IMG/VR virus record: IMGVR_UViG_3300009435_000045
Location: 1-26,532 of that record
Direction: 5' to 3' (one strand)
Origin: a virus
Taxonomy: Duplodnaviria; Caudoviricetes
DNA: 26,532 nucleotides
Part shown: positions 1-8,975 of the stretch, piece after piece
Layout of the letters: every line of letters starts with the position of its first letter
How positions within the stretch are numbered: position 1 is the stretch's first letter
Program-made: the position numbers and the translations under genes
The notes under the pieces: model-generated
What the model was told of the DNA's origin: nothing
The model's input: only the letters and a program-made list of their open reading frames with translations
Databases searched by the model: none

Positions 1-2
1 TA

Positions 3-608
3 CCACTAGTATTAGGATCGGTTCCAGCAGTAGAAGGCAGATTACCTGAATCGAATTCAGGTGAAGCGGGAATTGAGCAAGGAGTCCCAAGTATGACAAG
101 TCAACCGCCTGGTATCACAACAAATACAAATTTCACAGGTTCTAATGAGGAAGCTCAAGCGACAGTAACTGAATATTGGAGGCAGCCATCTCCTGAAGAA
201 TTCAGAAGTCTCGTTTCGTTAACAGCAGCAGAAGCGTCACCTGATCAGTTAGAGCAAGCTTGGGTGGCAGGTGTCATCATCAATCGCTCTAGAGCCCGAA
301 ATAAAACTATCATGCAAACAGCTAATCAGCCGGGTCAGTTCCATGCGGTTACTGGACCAGGGAATGGTAGATCACGATATATAAACGGTCCTTCTGAAAG
401 TAGAGCGAATTCGATTTATGGTTCGATTACTAATTATCTACCAAGCGTTCCTCATGATGTCTACTATTTTGATTCAAATGTAGTTGGGGCATATAGACAA
501 GTTGGCGGTCTAAGCAAATACAATTCGGTAGCGCGCGACAGAAAAGCGGCGGGGTTATCTCTTAAGGTTATTGGTCAATCTAGATTTTGGGTTGGGGGTA
601 AATTCTAA
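3..608 (+). CDS. 5'-truncated baseplate hub protein: end of gp5-type OB-fold followed by cell-wall hydrolase (SleB/Hydrolase_2-like) domain
   Basis: The frame of the 93..608 ORF is open back to the window edge (PLVLGSVPAVEGRLP...). PLVLGSVP resembles the end of the T4 gp5 N-terminal OB domain. The C-terminal part has SleB-like motifs AAEA...WVAGVIINR...NQPGQFHAV...YYF. Met93 is probably not the true start. Confidence 0.65.
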   Translation, partial: PLVLGSVPAVEGRLPESNSGEAGIEQGVPSMTSQPPGITTNTNFTGSNEEAQATVTEYWRQPSPEEFRSLVSLTAAEASPDQLEQAWVAGVIINRSRARNKTIMQTANQPGQFHAVTGPGNGRSRYINGPSESRANSIYGSITNYLPSVPHDVYYFDSNVVGAYRQVGGLSKYNSVARDRKAAGLSLKVIGQSRFWVGGKF

Positions 609-2615
609 ATGGTTGTTAAAGTCGGAAAGGTTAATTCTGCGGTAAAGAGCCTAGGTGGCGGCGGTGGTGGAGGCGGAGCTGTAGAAGGTAAAGCGCTTGC
701 ATCTAAAATGGGCTTCTTGGGTTCATTGACACATAATGAAATCGGTGCAGATGATATATTCCAAGCTTTAACTTCAATTGGCGCTCCAGGTATCGGTATG
801 CTCGGTATTGGTGCCGTTAAGATGCTACCTGAAATAGCAAAATATGTTGAAAAATTCAAAAACGATGACCCTGTTAAAGATAAAGAAACTGAAATCAATG
901 CTCTAGAAGGACATAAAGACGAAGCAGGAACTGGCGTAGCAGATCCTAACCTTGAAGTTGTTATGGGTGGTGCTCCAGAGGCTATCAATTATATTTTAAC
1001 ACTGTTAGCTGGTGACGATCTTGCAAAGAATGCTAAACTCCTAAAAGACCAAATTAAAATGCCTACATCCGGCCAACCTGAGACCCAGAAGTCTATTGAA
1101 GAGACTGACGAGAGATTAATACAGCCACAGGGTGAAGGATTATTCAGAGACTTCGCGCCATTAGATAATAAAGTCCTAGGCGATCGTCTTGGTATGCCTC
1201 TACCTGGTGGGGAGCTCAACTTAGGTCAATTAAAAACTAGCCTAAGTGCCATTGGTGGAGGAGCATTGAAACTCCAGGGACTAATGGATTCTTTTAAGAA
1301 ATCTAAGAAGGATAAAGTACCACCATTAACAGGAAAACTTCTTGATGACCTTATCTTATATTTAGATGTCTTCATTACAGATCTACTTAATGAGCTATTA
1401 GGCTTCAACCTTACCGATAGGGTTATTAGATATAAGCTTCTGAAGGCTATTGCACAAAGAAAGTTGGATGATGCCGCTGAGATCATCCTCGAAAATACAA
1501 CGAGGACTGATTTAACCAAGGATCTGATCCTAGAAAAGCTTTCGGTTATATCAATTGATGCGGGTGTAATTGTTGACACCGGTGAATATAAACCTAAAAG
1601 CGAGATCTCGATTGGCGGCAATAATATAGGGACATTTATTGATACTGCAGAAGAATTTGAAGCGGATTTAGCAGGTATGTCAAAGGCCGTACAGGGTCTA
1701 ATCCTACACTCAAGTGGGAAAGCCGATCCGAGAGGCCTTATGGACCTTAATTCTATATTGAAAGAAGTTGGCGGTGGTGCATTCAATTACATCATGATGC
1801 CTAATGGTAGAGTGTTCAGAGGATCTTCTACTCCAACCGATATTATCAATATGTTATTTGTAAAGGCCAATGATAATCCTAATAATCCCCTTTCAATGGA
1901 CCAATATAAATCATTTAGAGAAATATTGAGAGCAGTCGATCGCGTCATTCCTGGTATTAAAGTAGGTAATTATTCTGAGATCAATCCAGGTAGTAATGCC
2001 CCAACTGTAGGTGTAAATCCTAGACAAATATTATCAGGTATTCAGGGAACTAAAGATACGGGTGTCCAGGGCGGATATGGAGATCTTAATACTGGTATTA
2101 CGCCGGATTCACCACCAGCACCAGCAGGTAATTCAGCATCACCTCTTAGCCTACAAGGTGAATTAAAACATGCATTAGACCCTAAATGTGGTGCAGTTAA
2201 CAGTCATCTGAGAAAAGCTGGCGATGCAACAGGTATTAGAGTGGTTGTAAGCTCGGGATATAGAGGTTCCGGCGGTTCGGGAAGGCATAACGGTAGAGCT
2301 TCAGATTGTTATCTAGAGAAGGATGGCGCGCAATTGCATCATTATCGCCTAGAAGACAGAAAGTGGATTCAGGCTTTTACAGAAGAATTTATAAAATCTG
2401 CTGGGGCGAAATTTGGTGTAGGTATTGCTAATACTGATGCACCAAAGGGAATTTGGTACATGCATGGAACACATTATCACTATGATGTTGTTGGTTCTAA
2501 GTATAATCGCGGTAGAGGCGATTATTGGGGCAACGGATCGAGTAAGAGAACTAAGGGTGGTAAACCTGGCGCTCCGGCGTGGTTGGCTTCTCTTGCAAGA
2601 AAATATGGAGCATAA
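609..2615 (+). CDS. Tail/baseplate-associated protein with degenerate Amidase_2-like domain and C-terminal peptidase M15-like (Zn) domain
   Basis: 668-aa ORF that starts immediately after the upstream stop. LILHSSGK...FNYIMMPNGRVFRG...SMDQYKSFREIL resembles an N-acetylmuramoyl-L-alanine amidase fold. VVSSGYRG...RHNGRASD...HYHYD resembles M15 peptidases. Gly8 run near the N-terminus. Confidence 0.6.
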   Translation: MVVKVGKVNSAVKSLGGGGGGGGAVEGKALASKMGFLGSLTHNEIGADDIFQALTSIGAPGIGMLGIGAVKMLPEIAKYVEKFKNDDPVKDKETEINALEGHKDEAGTGVADPNLEVVMGGAPEAINYILTLLAGDDLAKNAKLLKDQIKMPTSGQPETQKSIEETDERLIQPQGEGLFRDFAPLDNKVLGDRLGMPLPGGELNLGQLKTSLSAIGGGALKLQGLMDSFKKSKKDKVPPLTGKLLDDLILYLDVFITDLLNELLGFNLTDRVIRYKLLKAIAQRKLDDAAEIILENTTRTDLTKDLILEKLSVISIDAGVIVDTGEYKPKSEISIGGNNIGTFIDTAEEFEADLAGMSKAVQGLILHSSGKADPRGLMDLNSILKEVGGGAFNYIMMPNGRVFRGSSTPTDIINMLFVKANDNPNNPLSMDQYKSFREILRAVDRVIPGIKVGNYSEINPGSNAPTVGVNPRQILSGIQGTKDTGVQGGYGDLNTGITPDSPPAPAGNSASPLSLQGELKHALDPKCGAVNSHLRKAGDATGIRVVVSSGYRGSGGSGRHNGRASDCYLEKDGAQLHHYRLEDRKWIQAFTEEFIKSAGAKFGVGIANTDAPKGIWYMHGTHYHYDVVGSKYNRGRGDYWGNGSSKRTKGGKPGAPAWLASLARKYGA

Positions 2616-2617
2616 TT

Positions 2618-3814
2618 ATGCCAATTCATCCAGGTGATTTAAGCAATATCAACAAGAGTCGAGAAGATAAGAAGGGTGTCAGACCTCCTTCTGGTGGTTA
2701 TCCGCGCGATAGCTATAAGAAAGAATCCAATGTTAATGCCGGCGCAAGGGGATTAGGAAACCAAAATCTTAAGACCTCAGGCTCTTGGGATGGTACAAAC
2801 TCTGGGCAAACTGGTGAGCCGACTTCTAGATACGGTCAGGCGCAAATTATGGAAACACCTGGGGGTCATATCATTGAATATAATGATACCCCCGGATCTG
2901 AAAGAATTATGTTTAGACATGTATCAGGCTCAGGTATTGAAATGAGACCTGATGGGTCTATTCTTATATCTGCATCAAGTCTAATATTTGATGTCCAAGG
3001 AGATGAAACACATTCAATATCAGGTCATTTGAATCATAGGGTCGGTGGGGATCTTAATGAACAGATCGCTGGTGATATCTCATTAGATGCAGGTGGTAAT
3101 ATTGTTCAGGACACCGGCGGCACGTTAATCACAAAGGTTGCCCAGGGCTCAGTTACAAATATTCAAGGTAGTCAGGCAACAACAGTTTCCGGTGAAAGTA
3201 TTCAGACTAATTTAGGGCCTAGAAGTGAAATGAACCTTGCAGGTTATCAGAACAATGTTAAAGGCGATATGCATATAAGAGCCGAGGGAGATATGGGGAT
3301 CTACGGATCTTCTAATTTGCAAATGACCGCTCAGAAGCGCGCGTCTATCAGTTCGGTTGCCGTTGCCCTAACAGGAGATCAGATGGAGATCGTATCGAAC
3401 CGAGGAACAATCGGTGGAGCGAATGTCATTGCCTATGCATATAACGCATATATCGGAAAGACCTTATATGCAGGTGATACGGTTGATACCCAGACAGTCC
3501 GCGCCACGGAAAGCATATTAACCCCTTACACTGAAAGCACCGTGGTAAAAGCCGAGGGTAAATTCCTGGGTGACTTAGACGGTGTAGCATTTAAGGCACA
3601 AAAGCCGGGGGTCTATGCAGGTACTGGTGATATTGGAACGCATCTAGATAATGATACTAAAGCAACAGCCGCAGCTGATGAAAATATCATATCAGCTAGA
3701 CAGAAAACTGCTAATAATGGTGTCAAAATAGTTAAGATCGACCCTGGTGATTATATTAGGGCTTCGATCGATAGAGCAAGCAATAATGGATTAGTGGAGG
3801 CTACTACAGCGTAA
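2618..3814 (+). CDS. gp5: Baseplate hub/needle protein, gp5 C-terminal (beta-helix) part, without OB or lysozyme domain
   Basis: ETPGGHIIEYNDTPGSERIMFRHVSGSGIEMRPDGS is the typical gp5 motif preceding the beta-helix, followed by roughly 8-residue VxGD/IxG repeats. Start placed at ATG 2618 with GGAG at 2607-2610, instead of 2579. Confidence 0.8.
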   Translation: MPIHPGDLSNINKSREDKKGVRPPSGGYPRDSYKKESNVNAGARGLGNQNLKTSGSWDGTNSGQTGEPTSRYGQAQIMETPGGHIIEYNDTPGSERIMFRHVSGSGIEMRPDGSILISASSLIFDVQGDETHSISGHLNHRVGGDLNEQIAGDISLDAGGNIVQDTGGTLITKVAQGSVTNIQGSQATTVSGESIQTNLGPRSEMNLAGYQNNVKGDMHIRAEGDMGIYGSSNLQMTAQKRASISSVAVALTGDQMEIVSNRGTIGGANVIAYAYNAYIGKTLYAGDTVDTQTVRATESILTPYTESTVVKAEGKFLGDLDGVAFKAQKPGVYAGTGDIGTHLDNDTKATAAADENIISARQKTANNGVKIVKIDPGDYIRASIDRASNNGLVEATTA

Positions 3815-4689
3815 TGGCAGAAGAAATCGGATTACCGTATAAGAAAGGTGAGCAGTTTCCTACTCTCACTAGCGCACAGGCAGCAAGTAAAATGATGGAG
3901 CCTACGAATGCAAGTAACCCCAAATTTATTCAAACGCAAATTATGGACGGGGCCCTATCTGAGGATGCGATATCAGGTTCACCTCCGGGTGTTCTAAAAA
4001 TTGCTAAGAGAGGAAGAGCACGTACGGGTTCAATTCCTCTTGGAACGGGTGCTAATACAGCTAAGAAGTTTACACCAAAGGCTAGAATGAAAAACTTCCT
4101 GCCTAATCCTGATAACTACGAACCAAAAAATTCAGGCAAAGTCTCTAACAGTATTGGAATGGGCTTCTTTATGGGGAAGAATTCTCAGGCCTCATTGGGC
4201 CCTGATGTAGACAGACAACAGTTAACCAAAAATTTAGGTATGCAAGCGGAAATTATACGCATCGCGCGATCGAGGCCAGAATTCTCGGGCTATATGATTG
4301 AATGCGCTGAAGGTGTATACAAATATGAAAAACTTGAGAAAAAAACAGAAGGATCTATGGCGGCAATGTCTTCTGTGGGCCAACTTATTGGATATAGTAT
4401 GTCGACATTTGACGGTAAACCAGCGATTAGAAAGCTCTTTGCTTTAGGTGAATATATTATGGAAAGTCACTTCTATGATAAAGTCATCATGGAATATAAT
4501 AGCTATAGCGGTGCGATCGATGGCAGACTCTTTATCCAGGTTCCTGATATGAGTGGAGATCCGTTGGGCGTCAGTTTTAAGAGACAGACGGCAACGATGT
4601 TTAATGGAGAAGAAATATCATCTAGCCTAATGCTATTAGATGTATTTAGCAGTGAAAACGGTGAAGCAGAAGGTTCACATCACCATTAA
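3814..4689 (+). CDS. Hub-associated protein, probable catalytically degenerate peptidase M15A-like fold
   Basis: 291-aa ORF coupled to gp5C (TAATG overlap). NLGMQAEII...EGVYK...GQLIGY...YDKVIMEY...RLFIQV...KRQTAT parallels the NL..L..../SGYR/G.A.D/FDQLILEY/WIHVS/R.Q.LT layout of phage M15A proteins but lacks the His/Asp ligands. Confidence 0.45.
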   Translation: MAEEIGLPYKKGEQFPTLTSAQAASKMMEPTNASNPKFIQTQIMDGALSEDAISGSPPGVLKIAKRGRARTGSIPLGTGANTAKKFTPKARMKNFLPNPDNYEPKNSGKVSNSIGMGFFMGKNSQASLGPDVDRQQLTKNLGMQAEIIRIARSRPEFSGYMIECAEGVYKYEKLEKKTEGSMAAMSSVGQLIGYSMSTFDGKPAIRKLFALGEYIMESHFYDKVIMEYNSYSGAIDGRLFIQVPDMSGDPLGVSFKRQTATMFNGEEISSSLMLLDVFSSENGEAEGSHHH

Positions 4690-4696
4690 GATATTG

Positions 4697-4761
4697 ATAC
4701 CGGATTTTAAATGCATAAATAGTTGAAATAGGGGGTTTACAAACCTCAGAAAATCCGGTAT
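4697..4761. repeat. Perfect 12-bp inverted repeat in the gp25 upstream region
   Basis: ATACCGGATTTT (4697-4708) and AAAATCCGGTAT (4750-4761). An inner imperfect hairpin GGGGTTT-AC-AAACCTC lies at 4732-4747. Confidence 0.85.
4714..4721 (+). promoter_or_regulatory. T4-type late promoter (CATAAATA variant)
   Basis: CATAAATAG in the intergenic gap before gp25. One mismatch to the T4 gp55 late consensus TATAAATA; the same motif occurs in other intergenic gaps. Confidence 0.65.
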
Positions 4762-4768
4762 AATAAGA
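4732..4768 (+). promoter_or_regulatory. sigma70/T4-early-type promoter
   Basis: GGGGTTTACA (-35 TTTACA 4736-4741), 17-bp spacer, TATAAT (4759-4764) then AAGA. The same architecture recurs at 20131-20167 on the - strand. Confidence 0.7.
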
Positions 4769-4800
4769 AGACAACTCCGGGAAGGATAGAATATACCTCC

Positions 4801-5244
4801 ATGGCTATAAGAAGCTTTAGTATAGAAGATGGCAACCTTCAAGACAGACCTCTCATTGGTACTAGAAGAGTTGATTACTCCGATGTAGATCTATACTTTG
4901 AAATAGATACCACTGGTGATGTATATAAGAAGTTAGATGCTGCAGCAGTTAAACAATCTGTTAAAAACATCATATTATCCAACTATGGAGAGAAACCGTT
5001 CAAACCATTCTTCGGAACAGATATAAGAGCATTATTGTTCGAATTATATGACTTTGGTCTAGAGAATGATATTAAGTTAAGAATTAGAACAGCTCTAAAA
5101 AGATATGAGCCTCGAGCCGAAATTGTTGAATTAACGGTAGAGGGAGAGCGTGATGAAAATCAATTATTCGTGGAGATCATTTTCAAGGTAGTTAATACCA
5201 ATGAAATTGTCACCCTAAACACATCCTTAAGTAGGTTAAGATAA
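4801..5244 (+). CDS. gp25: Baseplate wedge subunit gp25
   Basis: YSDVDL...AVKQSVKNIILSNYGEKPFKPFFGTDIRALLFE...ALKRYEPR is the GPW/gp25 signature. Lies directly before gp6. Confidence 0.93.
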   Translation: MAIRSFSIEDGNLQDRPLIGTRRVDYSDVDLYFEIDTTGDVYKKLDAAAVKQSVKNIILSNYGEKPFKPFFGTDIRALLFELYDFGLENDIKLRIRTALKRYEPRAEIVELTVEGERDENQLFVEIIFKVVNTNEIVTLNTSLSRLR

Positions 5245-7083
5245 ATGGCAACTAATATTAAATCCAGCGAATTAGATTTCGAGGCAATCCGCACTAAGCT
5301 GAAAACATATTTAGCTGCTCAATCTGAATTTGCAGACTATAATTTTGAGGGCTCAGGATTAGCTAATATCCTTGATGTTCTCGCATATAATACTCATATT
5401 AATGCGTTATCTGCTAATATGGCGATCAACGAATCATTTCTTGATACGGCTCAGCTTCGCGGGAGCGTGGTTTCACATGCGCATTCATTAGGTTACTATC
5501 CTAAATCTAAAACCGCTGCAAGAGCAACTATTAGTATATCTGCTAATCTAACCACTTTTATTGGTACACCACCTCAATCAATTACTTTGCCGATAGGGGT
5601 CAGATTCTCAGCTTCCGTAAAAGGTATTACATATACGTTTCAAACGAGACAGACCTACACCGCTACTAACAACGGTGCAGGGATTTATACATTCGTTGAT
5701 GATGAAGATAGCGCTGACATTATTGTATATGAAGGAACCGATGTAACTCGAACATATTATGTACCTGATGCTAGTGATACCAGACATTATATTATTAATG
5801 ACGATCAGCTAGACCAAGACACACTTTCCGTCAATGTGTTCGAATCAACTAATACTGAAGATTTCACTTCTTATTCAAATATTAAAAATGCTATACGTAT
5901 ACGCGATGACTCAACCTACTATATTCTTCAAGAAACACCTAATGGATTCTATGAACTAGAATTCACAGATACCGGATCTTTAGGCATTTGGCCTACTCCT
6001 GGAAACAAGATTGAGGTTAATTATCTTAGAACATCAGGTCCGGCCGCTAACGGCGCGCGCGTATTCTCACCTGAAGAAAGCGTAATAGTCTCTGGTCAGA
6101 GTATGCCATTATCGACTACTACGATTTCGTATTCAAGTCAAGGTGCTGAAAAGGAGTCTATTGAATCTACAAGATTTCATGCTCCGCTGACATATGCATC
6201 TCAAAGACGCATGGTTACCCCGTTTGATTATCACACACTGATTCAGTCTAACTATCCATCACTTGGGGATGTTACTGCCTGGGGCGGAGAACAAAATATT
6301 CCAGTCGATTATGGTAAAATGTTCGTCTCAATCAAATATCCTGAAAATACATCCGAAGAAAGTAAGTTAACAACACAAGCAGAAATTAAGGCTAATCTGA
6401 CAGATCCGCTTGGTGTTGCATCAATCACAACCGAATTCATCTCGCCAGAATTTCTATATATAGGGGTGAACACCACTTTCGACTTCAATCCTACTCTTAC
6501 AGGCCTAACTTCACAGGCTACACAAGATAGAATAAATGTTAAAGTTAATGAATTCTTCACGGAAAATTTCGGTCAATTTGGAGTCGCATTTCGAAAATCT
6601 AACCTATCAGCTATCATTGATGATATATCGCCTGCTATTTTATCCAACAAAATTGACATAGTAGTAAATGAGAGACTTGTTCCAATACTTAATTTCCAAA
6701 AGACCTATACGATTCAATTCCCTATTGCGCTAGCGCCGGCAGATGATCAGAACTACATCATCAGATCTTCAAGGTTCAATTTTAACAATAAAATATGCAC
6801 GTTCAGAAATAGATTATCTTCAAATTCCATAGAAATTGTTGATGTTGAGGGTAATATCATAAGTCAAAATATCGGGTCTTATGACAGACTAACTGGGCAA
6901 GTTACACTTACGAATTTCGTTCCTACGGCAATTGTTGGGGGAGCAGATTATGTGAGGGTATTTGCAACTCCCGCCAATCAATCAACTATTACACCATTAA
7001 GAAATTACATACTGCTATTAGATACAGGTGAAACGAGCTCAAGAGCAATTGTTAATTATCAAACAACTAGAGTAACTCTATAA
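5245..7083 (+). CDS. gp6: Baseplate wedge subunit gp6
   Basis: ELDFEAIRTKLKTYL...DYNFEGSGLANILDVLAYNTH...NESFLDTAQLRGSVVSHAHSLGYYPKS, and AP..YASQRRMVT..DY...AWGGE. 612 aa. Confidence 0.95.
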   Translation: MATNIKSSELDFEAIRTKLKTYLAAQSEFADYNFEGSGLANILDVLAYNTHINALSANMAINESFLDTAQLRGSVVSHAHSLGYYPKSKTAARATISISANLTTFIGTPPQSITLPIGVRFSASVKGITYTFQTRQTYTATNNGAGIYTFVDDEDSADIIVYEGTDVTRTYYVPDASDTRHYIINDDQLDQDTLSVNVFESTNTEDFTSYSNIKNAIRIRDDSTYYILQETPNGFYELEFTDTGSLGIWPTPGNKIEVNYLRTSGPAANGARVFSPEESVIVSGQSMPLSTTTISYSSQGAEKESIESTRFHAPLTYASQRRMVTPFDYHTLIQSNYPSLGDVTAWGGEQNIPVDYGKMFVSIKYPENTSEESKLTTQAEIKANLTDPLGVASITTEFISPEFLYIGVNTTFDFNPTLTGLTSQATQDRINVKVNEFFTENFGQFGVAFRKSNLSAIIDDISPAILSNKIDIVVNERLVPILNFQKTYTIQFPIALAPADDQNYIIRSSRFNFNNKICTFRNRLSSNSIEIVDVEGNIISQNIGSYDRLTGQVTLTNFVPTAIVGGADYVRVFATPANQSTITPLRNYILLLDTGETSSRAIVNYQTTRVTL

Positions 7084-8051
7084 TGTCAATTAGGACCACA
7101 ATAGAACATAATAGAAGAAATGTCAAGGTTAGTAGGCGGCAGGTTTTAGAGGTCCTTCCCGACTATTTCCCTTCACTATATCCGAATCTTGTTGCCTTTT
7201 TACAGGCCTATTATGATTCGTTTGCAAGTGATCAGCAGGGGATAGTTGATATTCTTAGGAATAGGCTATTTCAACTAAGAGATCTAGAAGAGGTCGACCT
7301 CCAATATATCGATTCTATTTTCTATGAGATCGGGAATGGGGCGCAAGCAAAATATTTTACTGACCCTCGATTAATTGGTAAATTGATCTCTCAACTGGTT
7401 CAGAATAAGGGCAATGAATTCTCTATAGAAATGTTTTTTAGGATCTTTTTCGATCAGGCCCCAGAAATCAGATACCCTAAAAATGAGATGCTATACGTAT
7501 TCAGTGGCGATAGTAATGATCTTCAAAGATCTAGAATCGGCGCAGAAGATAATCGTATCGTGCAGGACGGGGCTAAGTGGCAAATACTTAGTGTAAATAT
7601 CAAGTCGGGTATATCACTAACCACTTGGGAAACTTTATACAGAAAATTCGTGCACATAGGGGGATTTTATCTTACTGGTGAAGTAATCATTGAAACGGTC
7701 GCGCGAACGAATAATTTAGTCTTTTCCATATTAAATGACACCGATAGTGATCAGGTTCTATATCTTGACCCCCCAACAAGTCTAGAGACCGATAATTTAT
7801 CAGTTACTTCTACGTGGAGTGAAATGCATCTTGAAACCGATTCGGAAGGAACGGTATATGTATTGTCCGATAGACCTATGCCATCAGATATAGATCTTCT
7901 ATATCTTGATAGTGCTTATCCTACATTGCTTGAACTTGCTCAGAAATCAAGCTTTACTATGGATAAGACCACTGGCATCGAGATGGATAACACCCTAGAA
8001 ACGACTGACGAGGGTAAAATTATAACATCATATAATGCAGATTCGGCCTAG
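7083..8051 (+). CDS. gp7: Baseplate wedge subunit, gp7-like (compact)
   Basis: LPDYF...YPNLVAFLQAYY, KGNEFSIEMFFRIFF...YPK, IVQDGAKWQILS...SGISLTTWETLYRKFVHIGGFYLTGEV match the N- and C-terminal motifs of gp7-like wedge proteins that follow gp6 in T4-like phages. Confidence 0.7.
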   Translation: MSIRTTIEHNRRNVKVSRRQVLEVLPDYFPSLYPNLVAFLQAYYDSFASDQQGIVDILRNRLFQLRDLEEVDLQYIDSIFYEIGNGAQAKYFTDPRLIGKLISQLVQNKGNEFSIEMFFRIFFDQAPEIRYPKNEMLYVFSGDSNDLQRSRIGAEDNRIVQDGAKWQILSVNIKSGISLTTWETLYRKFVHIGGFYLTGEVIIETVARTNNLVFSILNDTDSDQVLYLDPPTSLETDNLSVTSTWSEMHLETDSEGTVYVLSDRPMPSDIDLLYLDSAYPTLLELAQKSSFTMDKTTGIEMDNTLETTDEGKIITSYNADSA

Positions 8052-8058
8052 AAAAAGT

Positions 8059-8066
8059 CATAAATA
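8059..8066 (+). promoter_or_regulatory. T4-type late promoter (CATAAATA variant)
   Basis: CATAAATAG in the 43-bp gap between the gp7-like gene and the next ORF. Confidence 0.65.
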
Positions 8067-8094
8067 GATCAAAGAGATAAACGGAATTTAATAA

Positions 8095-8535
8095 ATGTCA
8101 AAGACCAGAGAAGATATTTCAAGAGGAACCACTGCCAATGACGGTACAGGCGATGACCTGAGATCGGCAGCGGGTAAGATTAATAACAACTTTGGTAAAA
8201 TCTGGGAAAAATTAGGTGGTGATAGTGATGTTTTTTACGATCATAATGTTGTAACGCCGACACTAGAAATGACAGCCAATGGCGCTATTTCACTTGATGT
8301 CTCATACACAATTTTTAATAAAGCAACAGCACTAGCGGCAACGTTGGCCGACGCGGCCTCAACCGGCCAACTAAAATATTTTACGAACAAAGGTGCAGGA
8401 CTTGTTACAGTAACACCTGCTAATTTTTCTTTAGGAACATCATTTTCAGTACCTCAAAATTCTGGGGCTCAGACAATCTGGGACGGAACGAATTGGCATT
8501 TAGTAGGTCACGATAGCGCGGTTTCAACGGTATAA
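8095..8535 (+). CDS. Small baseplate protein with gp9/gp10-type N-terminus
   Basis: ISRGTTANDGTGDDLRSAAGKINNNFGKIW is the gp9/gp10 N-terminal motif, followed by a short beta-rich domain ending WDGTNW. Confidence 0.7.
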   Translation: MSKTREDISRGTTANDGTGDDLRSAAGKINNNFGKIWEKLGGDSDVFYDHNVVTPTLEMTANGAISLDVSYTIFNKATALAATLADAASTGQLKYFTNKGAGLVTVTPANFSLGTSFSVPQNSGAQTIWDGTNWHLVGHDSAVSTV

Positions 8536-8537
8536 TT

Positions 8538-8975
8538 ATGGCACAACTAACATTAGTTTATGATAGCGACTTCTCTCAATTGATTATTAAGGCGAATTCG
8601 AATTTTGATGAATTATATAACATACCTGCAGCTGGCCCGGACTGGGAATCAGATACCGCAAAAACACCTTCATCAGGTCTTAATACCTGGGCGCATGGCC
8701 TTGCAGGTGTGCCCAAAGCAGTATCAGTATGGGCAGTTTGTACTAGTGCAGCTAATGGATATACGGTTGGCAGTATAGCACAGATAGCAAATTCTGGTTA
8801 CACGACTGATGTAAACGGTTATCCCGAATATTCTCACCAAGTATGGTCAGATTCGGATAATGTATATTTATATTATACTGGTGTGGCCCCATTTAGTAGA
8901 GCCTCATCAAAGGGCACAGTCAGCACCGGTACCGCATCTAGTAGTTTCGAACTATGGGCTAACGCGTCATTATAA
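8538..8975 (+). CDS. Putative virion fibre/appendage protein
   Basis: 145 aa. N-terminal DSDFSQLIIKANSNFDELY resembles a gp9/10-like trimerisation start. WAHGLAGVPKAVSVWAVC resembles C-terminal tail-fibre domains (HGLG..P). Confidence 0.5.
   Translation: MAQLTLVYDSDFSQLIIKANSNFDELYNIPAAGPDWESDTAKTPSSGLNTWAHGLAGVPKAVSVWAVCTSAANGYTVGSIAQIANSGYTTDVNGYPEYSHQVWSDSDNVYLYYTGVAPFSRASSKGTVSTGTASSSFELWANASL

Noticed and set aside
652-678. GGN-repeat tract as a contingency/slippage locus
   Set aside because: It encodes a Gly8 linker with mixed codons (ggt/ggc/gga), not a pure microsatellite.
605-1786. Minus-strand ORFs 605..988, 989..1219, 1226..1786
   Set aside because: Antisense shadows of the 668-aa gene; the Pro run mirrors its Gly run, and there are no motifs or RBS.
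2579-2617. Longer start for gp5C (MVGFSCKK...) and ORF 2425..2637
   Set aside because: These overlap the upstream gene. ATG 2618 has a GGAG RBS and directly follows the upstream stop.
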